Positions 56,813 to 64,000 of a DNA stretch of 64,000 nt are shown piece by piece. Positions within the stretch are counted from its first letter, which is position 1; every line of letters starts with the position of its first letter. A program made the translations under genes and the position numbers. This DNA is from Lingula anatina (Eukaryota > Animalia > Brachiopoda). The notes beneath the pieces were generated by a model that saw only the letters and a program-made list of their open reading frames with translations, ran no database searches and had not been told where the DNA came from. The stretch lies in the NCBI GenBank assembly GCA_051362555.1, contig CM120640.1, positions 39,844,788-39,908,787 of the forward strand, read 5' to 3'.

Positions 56813-57429
56813 GTAAGAAGTGAGTAGTTGAAATTTAGAGTCTATATTGTAAGTATAACAATGCATTTTGAAGCTTGTGAATTCACCTTGCCCGGGTAAA
56901 GCCTGAAGAATAACTCCCGTTAGCTGTGTTAGGTCACGAGGTATGTGATTGATTGATATATAAGAGCTATAAGAAGCTTTATGTATATATTGCAAGCCCT
57001 TTGTCAAATGTCTGAAAGTATATACAGATTTTGTATCAAACAAGGTAAAGGCTCCACAAAACATAAAAGAAATTGTAGAACTGTTACTTGCAATTAGATA
57101 CTAGACTAGTTATACATATACTGGTGTCCATACTACGTTCCAACACTTAAAACCGTTGAAGTAGTTTACAGGGTGGTACTCTCCCCAACACAATAACTAT
57201 GCATTCTCAGCAAAGGTTACATGTATGACGGCTTTCAAAAATGTGCATGCTAAAGGTAAACAGAGAAAATGATCAATACCGTTATTTTCAATTCATTGGG
57301 TCAATATTTCAATCCAGTCCTTGAGTAAAAAGGCCTACACTTCCATGCCTAGTTGTCCTTAGAATAGCAATGAACAGGTGTGACATAGCAGTCCAAACAC
57401 ATGCATTTTCTACTGGTTTAATTTCAGTG

Positions 57430-58226
57430 ATGTCACAACTTAATAACCTTAACTGCCCGCCATCTAGCTCCGGTACAACTGGAAGTGTTTTAGAAGTTAC
57501 GGAATACCCACCCACGACAGACGAAGAGACGATCGACCTTTATTTCAGCCGCAATGAATTTGGTGCCCCAGATATAACGGCAATCACTATCTCTAAAAAG
57601 CGCAGCGCTATATATGTGACATTCGCAAATGAGTCAGGTACATTATAGCAATATATTTGATATTTATTTATTTTATCATACTTCTATGTTTACTGAGACG
57701 TATCGCTTAATTTTCCCTACCGTCTTAGGGTTACCGATAAACGAATTTCCGACGCTGTACGTATACAAGTGGTCAGTATAAGTAATTTGCATATATGGAG
57801 AATCTTTTTCCAAGAAGGGCTTCAATGAGAAAACAAATAATTTTTAAAATGAAAAAGATTGTTTATTTAATGCAGAAAGGGCAAAAGTTTTGCGGGAAAA
57901 ACGTCACACCATTCGCGGCACCCTTGTCTCTGTGAGGCCAGTAAGCTGCGTTCCAGAGGACAGTGTGGATTCTGTAGACGACAGGAGCGTTCTTGTGAAG
58001 GTAGTGAAGAAATGCAATCCCGTTTTTGTATACTTCATAATTTTAATAGAACAAAGTCTTAAAAGGAAGGAAAAGAGTGAAACCAATAATGCCTCTTTAT
58101 ATACATAGACATGTTTTCTTCTTATTGAATTTAGGTCAAGGGGTAAAATTGTGAAAGTAGAAACTAATAGTAAACAGCATTTACAAAAGAGAGTATATAT
58201 GTCCCAAATAAAATTCTTCAGACAGG

Positions 58227-58276
<50 letters not shown>

Positions 58277-61200
58277 TTTAGGGTATTCCACCTGGCACCA
58301 GCCGAGAAACGGTGTCACATTTCCTGGAGAAGTTGGCTGGTCCTGATTTGGCCGTTGTTGGGGCTCACACTGGCATTGATCCCACCTCCTCAGTGCTTAC
58401 TTTTGATGGAGAAATAAGCGGTAGTATCTCTTTTCAATTTTTATGTATTTCCATTTACTTCTGGAGCGATGTATGTATATAATATATTCTTTAATTTTGA
58501 CTTCTTGAAAAATTATATTTTTTGACTGTGAACATGGAATCACAATTCGTCATCTAGTTAATAAGGTCAAATATAAGTATTTTTCATTCTTTATTACTTC
58601 AGATAGAGTATTCACAACTATGTCACAGAACGTCTCGAAAGAAAGTTTTCTCGGAACTTTTCTCACAGTGGAGCAAGTACAGAAACCTAATGCTGTTCTT
58701 GTCAAAGGTATATGTTTACAGTGTAGGTCTATCGCCGTTAACTCTGTTTTACATATTGTGGTTATTCGTTGTAAAATAATTGCACTTTTTGCCCAACAAA
58801 ATACTAAATGTGCAATACAGTATGTCAATTAATTACATTGTCATTCTGCTCACAGGGATCAAAGACGAACAGTATTTCAAGCAAAAATTGGAATATTATT
58901 TCGAAAGCAAAAAGAGCAGGGGTGGATCGGTCAAGGACGTTGTCATACTAAGAAATAGGAAAGCTGCTGTTGTTACGTTTCAAGAAGCAGACGGTAAGAG
59001 CACAACCATTTTACAAAGATACACTCGTAGACACATTTGCACATCTGGTCTTACTCGAAAAAACTTATTTCTATGACCCATAAAAAGACCAGTAGATGTA
59101 ACTGCTGAATACATTTGATACTAATATACTGAATAGCATCCTACATATGATACATAATTCGTGATCAGCTTGATTCTCAAAACAGCTAAATATTTTATAT
59201 TTAAGGGAATAAAAGACATATTTAAGGGAATAAAAGAACATTATGGTAGTTTTTATTTTCTCCCGAGAGCTTTTGGCTTTTACCCATATCCTCTGGTCTA
59301 TGGTGTTGATAACGTAATTTTACGGCGGAACAGAAGTACATTTCTCGATCTCTCTTTACTTTGAAATTAAGCATTTGTACAAAATGTAAATCAGCTAGAT
59401 TTAATTGAAATGTGAGTTTTTCAAAATGTTCACACGTCGATCTATTCCTTTATTGTAGTTGCAAAGAGAGTTTCTGAGAATTCACACACCCTCGAAGGTC
59501 TCCAGTTGCATGTCAGTGTCTATTACCGTGAAATTGGATATGAAGAAGATGACGACGAAGAAGATACCGGAGATTCCTGGACGTTAGAGTTCCCTTGCGA
59601 CCCACACATTGTATCCTTCTTAAGTGAACGTCCTGCTCAAAAGCGCCGTTTGGCTGATAATCTTAAGCCGATTCATGGGTCACTCCCTCAATCCTGGATA
59701 GATGTCACCAGCAACCAAATACGCGTCGTGGCCGACGAAAGTAAACGGATGGACAGGAAAGAGAAGTGGGAAAAGAAATGCGCCGAAGTGGTTCAAGAGT
59801 TTCTTGATAGATTTACTACAAAATCAGTCCATTTTCCTGATTACGTTTGGTCTAGGATTGAAGAGGAGTGCGAAGTGCATACCATTTATTACCAAGAGTT
59901 AATAGATGTACAGGCCGCCCCTGCGTCTCACGACGTCCGAGTAACTGGTGTTGAAGACGAATGCCAAAAGATCTTCAAAGATTTTGCTCGAATTCAGAGG
60001 GAGGAGAAGAAAAAATCCAAAAAAGAAGAAAAAGAAATAACCAAAGTTTTGACTGATAAGAACAAAACCAAATTAGCCCTCATTGAAAGTGTAGGTGTTG
60101 CTGGTGTTCCAGCTGGGGTTGTCGTCATGATTCGAGCAAATGAAGGGGAAATTGAATTCAAAGGAAAGGCCACTCTGGTGGAGAGAGCTGTTACTAAATT
60201 CTTGGACGTTCTTACTTCAATTAAAGAAAACAGCATCCATGTCACTGAGAAGCATTTTGCCAGGATTTTGGCGTCAAAAGGAGGCGGGGAGAAGGTCCGA
60301 TGTATACTCAAAAAAGCTGGTTTAGACGTCGTTCATGAAGTCACGGGAAAGGCATCTGAATGTATGATGCGTTTTTATTCATTTCACCCTGAGGCAACGG
60401 AAAAAGCTGCAGAGGTCATCCAAGCCAGTCTTACTACTCAAAGTATCCCCGTGCAAAAATCTAAGCTTTCATACTTGCACACCGATCCTTGGGAGACCCT
60501 GCAGGAAAACCTGGCCAAAGATTTGTGCGTAAGTATTCAATAGTAATTGGTTTTGAAACAAGATGCTTAAATATATAGAAAATTTAGGGTAGTTATAACA
60601 GTGTTTCGAAGAATGATAGAGAAATGATAATCATCTTTATTGGTTCATCTAGCTATATGCGTATATTGAACGAAGTTTGTCGGTAAAGATATACCGAAAG
60701 TATGGTGCTTCACATTAACTAAAGGAGAACTTACCAAAGGTAAAGTTAATCAACTGTCATAAAACAGAGAATGAAAATCACAAATTGACGTTCACATTAT
60801 CTCTAAAAGAATCTTAATATTACCATTCCATTTAAGGTTTTGATGGAGGTTACAGACTTACGAGATACGAAAACCGTTGCGGTATATGGTTTTAGCGATG
60901 ATGTTAAAGAGGCTTCGAAGCAGATAACCGTTCATTTGGGACAAAAAACAGTCGCAAGCGAAACTATGTCGATTCTCCCTGGTCAAGCAGAATATATTAT
61001 CAAATTTAAAGGTGAAGTATTTCCAATTGATTTATGTAGCATATACGCCTTATATACAAAGCGTTTCAATTTTTGGTTATATCTCACCGCTAAAATATTT
61101 TATATTTAATAGTACCCGAGATTAAGGATTTGGAGAAGAAGAAAGGAGTGCAAATTATGATTAAGAAAATCGGGGAGTTAATCATCCAGGGCCCAACGGA

Positions 61201-63813
61201 TAAAGTAAGTACACACGAGAGGAAATTACTGAACAAGATTAACTTAATACTAATATTTTTGACAAAAAAGGGTTTCATGGTCCTTGTATTAAATCGATTA
61301 CTCTCCATGTACCACTGTATGTTTGATTCAAACTGACTCTGCTCCTTAATTACCATAGAAGAAATTGAAGTTGACGTTGGATATATTTGAAATGAATATA
61401 TTTAACAAATGCACTTTAGAAATCGTCTTTATCTGGTCTTTTGTTGTAGATCCGGGAAGTTGAATCATCACTGACGGCAATTGTTGACAAAATTAAAAAC
61501 AAACAGGTTGCCATCAAACAGCCAGGTAGGTTAGATATAGAAAGAAAAAATATAGCTATCACATTGCTTTAGAATAAGATTAACTACCCGTAGGAGAAAC
61601 GGTGAACAAGATTGTTTGAACTTGTCGTTTTATATTATTTAATTTTATTGGCTATTAAACTATTTGGGTGATTTGAGTTTCATGAAATAGTTTTTTTCAA
61701 AATTTCCAGGAATGGTCACTAGCATGCAGAGTGGTTCCGGACGCATTTTGCTGGAAAACCTTGAGAAGAAGAACAGTGTTTATATAGCTATCAAAACGGC
61801 AGCTTCCACCACGACAACGGTAATGAGTGAATGTTTTGACTCATCCAGTAGAATTAGAATGATAACTATGTAAAACTCTGTTACTGGAACATGCGTTAAG
61901 AATAGTCTCATGACAACAGACCAAGTGACCAGTCTATCCTTGCGAAGAGTCTCAGACTGAAACCACAAGGTAGGTCAGTTGCTGACGTACGTTCCAGTAT
62001 TAAGGTTATAAGTAATTATCAGACAACGGTAAACGTTTGCATAGAATTTACAGAAATTATAAAAAGTGATGTGTTTTTTTTACAGTTGTCAGCGTTGCGA
62101 AGAGCAAAGATCTGACGATCTTCTAAAGAATTCTGACCATAAAACTTTGTAGGGGTTAGACGCTTTTTGAAGTGAGGTTCCAAAAAAGTTCCTCTTTAAA
62201 TATTTATTTAGCACTTCTACTTGTCATATTTGTTGTGATATTTTACAGTCAACAACGGCGAGTCCAACGCCAACTGGCAGCTTTACCACACCTGAAGGCA
62301 TAAATATAACTTTGGTCGAAGGAAATATCGAACAAGAAACGGTAAGAGAACTTCAGACGTGGCAAGTCTGACGAACTAATCCTACTTTTTAACTTATGTA
62401 TCGAATATCTTGCATCACCCAATGAGTGAGCGACAAATATTTGAATGAGATATATTAAATCAGAAAACTGTAGAAAATGATAAATTCTTAGAAAGTGTAT
62501 TATTTTCCATGTCAAGGAAGATTTATATTTCTGGTCTCTTTATGCTGTTTCTCTATATGCTGTTTCTCTTTAGGCCGATGTTATAGTGAACAGCATCAAG
62601 TTCGACATGGATCTTAGTGCCGGGAATGTTTCTGCTGCCATTGCTCAGGTTGCTGGCCCCCAGTTACAGCAGGTAGGTTACGTTATGAAACAGGATTTGT
62701 GAAAATACTTTTGTTTCATTTGAACTATTTACTTGCTTTAGTTGTAAAGTCGCATAAGTTCTGACTTCCTTTATTTAGCCAATAGTTACTGTTTGTATCT
62801 CGTGATGCCACCAATGTTAAGTGACGTAGGCCTCAATTAGAAAGCTTGGGCAATTTTAATTTTTATATGTATTATATATATTATTCTGATGAATCACAAT
62901 GATTTTCATAAGTAATAATAATCATCTTCAATACCCTGCAAGGAATGCACAAAGATAGGGAAAATGTCAGCTGGAGAAATGAAGAAGACGGGTGGCTTCA
63001 ATCTCAAGTGCAAGGAAATCTACCATGTCGTCTGTCCGGATTGGGAACCAGGAAAAGAACAGGTTTGCCTGGTCTTATTTCCCTCATTATTTCTAGTATT
63101 TTTGGTCACTGGTTTATCAAAAACTGTATATAATCGTACATAATTTAACTGGCTTCTTCTTTTATGCCCATGTCTGTAACTTTGGCACACTTCTGTGAAA
63201 TCTTAGAACTTAAGATAAAACTGCCTCGATACGACATATATGCAAGTCTTTTCAAGGTTTTTTGAAATCGTAGTTTTTTCTTGTTGAAATTGGAACTGTT
63301 AAAACTCCCTTTCATCTTTTGCCATTTGCAGTATTTTATTTAATTCCAGACGCTATCCAGTCTTATGTCCCAGTGTTTAGCACAAGCACACCAGGATGGA
63401 GTGTCATCCATAGCATTTCCAACTATTGGAACTGGAAACCTGAAGTTTCCGAAAGAAGTTGTCGCTGACGTTATGTTTAAGGAGACCGTGCAATTTAGTG
63501 CAAACAACTCGCAGACCAAAGTCAAGGCAAGCGAAAAGCATTTATCTCTCAATCAGTGAATTTAACTATTATTTCATTTCATTTTAGCAGCGCAGTATGC
63601 ACTTTATATGGCAAATAAAGAGAGACAAATATTTGAAGCCATTTATGTTATGAAAGGTCGTTTTAATCTTATTGAATGCGTTTTATTTCGTTTTTGCCTC
63701 ATAGGATATTCGATTTGTTCTCTATCCCCAAGATGCGCAAAGTATCACTTCTTTTAAGATGAAATTGTTAGAAGTACAGGGGCGGCCAAAAACCGTGCGT
63801 ATGCGTCGAAGAG
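57430..63813 (+). CDS. PARP14: PARP14-like mono-ADP-ribosyltransferase, 5' part (3 RRM-like domains, KH-like region, first macrodomain); continues past the window
   Basis: Exons: 57430-57637, 57876-58000, 58282-58420, 58603-58707, 58856-58993, 59459-60528, 60837-61011, 61113-61204, 61450-61525, 61710-61819, 62249-62341, 62574-62672, 62943-63062, 63350-63526, 63705-63813; frame is continuous. Motifs: KLEYYFESKKSRGGSV...AVVTFQE (PARP14/PARP10-type RRM); macro LVEGNIEQETADVIVNS...AGPQLQQEC...SSIAFPTIGTGNLKFPKEVVA. The WWE/ART domain is not in the window, so PARP14 versus PARP9/15 is inferred from the N-terminal architecture. Confidence 0.8.
58229..58274. repeat. (TA)n microsatellite just upstream of a PARP14-like acceptor
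   Basis: Direct read; the acceptor AG is at 58280-58281. Confidence 0.95.
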
Positions 63814-64000
63814 GTAGGTATATTTTAAGTTTCTTTCTTTAAATTATGTTTCACGTTTTCTTTTCAAATGCAGTTTATCGGTACCTGTCATTACTTAATA
63901 TCAATAATCTGAAAATATTACCAAGAGCGCATTGTGTTTTTAGGAAACATGCGCATCAGGTTATAGCATGGTTCCGGAAGTTGTACAAATAAATAAATGC

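Noticed and set aside
56630-57064. 144-aa minus-strand ORF between the DTX3L-like and PARP14-like genes
   Set aside because: No recognisable similarity; it spans the inferred promoter and first intron.
63944-64000. Possible next PARP14-like exon
   Set aside because: Joined in phase 1 it hits a stop, and it cannot be resolved at the window edge.

Overview
AT-rich, intron-containing animal genomic DNA, most likely from an invertebrate bilaterian; the taxon cannot be determined from sequence alone. Five spliced genes were reconstructed by hand from GT-AG boundaries and reading-frame continuity. (1) The 3' end of UAP1 (UDP-GlcNAc pyrophosphorylase, +, to 1140). (2) A complete 16-coding-exon VCPIP1/VCIP135 OTU deubiquitinase (-, 6224-36636). 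(3) PPP1R2/Inhibitor-2 (+, 37139-49211), head-to-head with VCPIP1 across a ~120-bp promoter. (4) A DTX3L-like Deltex E3 ligase (-, 52992-55994) with its own macrodomain ahead of the RING-DTC. (5) A PARP14-like gene (RRMs, KH-like region, macrodomain; +, from 57430, running off the window), head-to-head with the DTX3L-like gene. The most interesting element is this last pair. It resembles a compact invertebrate version of the vertebrate interferon-inducible PARP9/DTX3L/PARP14 ADP-ribose-ubiquitin module, with an IRF-type motif in the shared promoter and the macrodomain fused into the E3. Also present: two 215-bp inverted MITE copies, a Helentron/HINE-like remnant, a splice-donor-adjacent minisatellite, microsatellites, CpG-rich intronic promoter-like patches, and an apparent CpG-depletion border near 52.1 kb. 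Family assignments rest on recalled motifs, not database searches.
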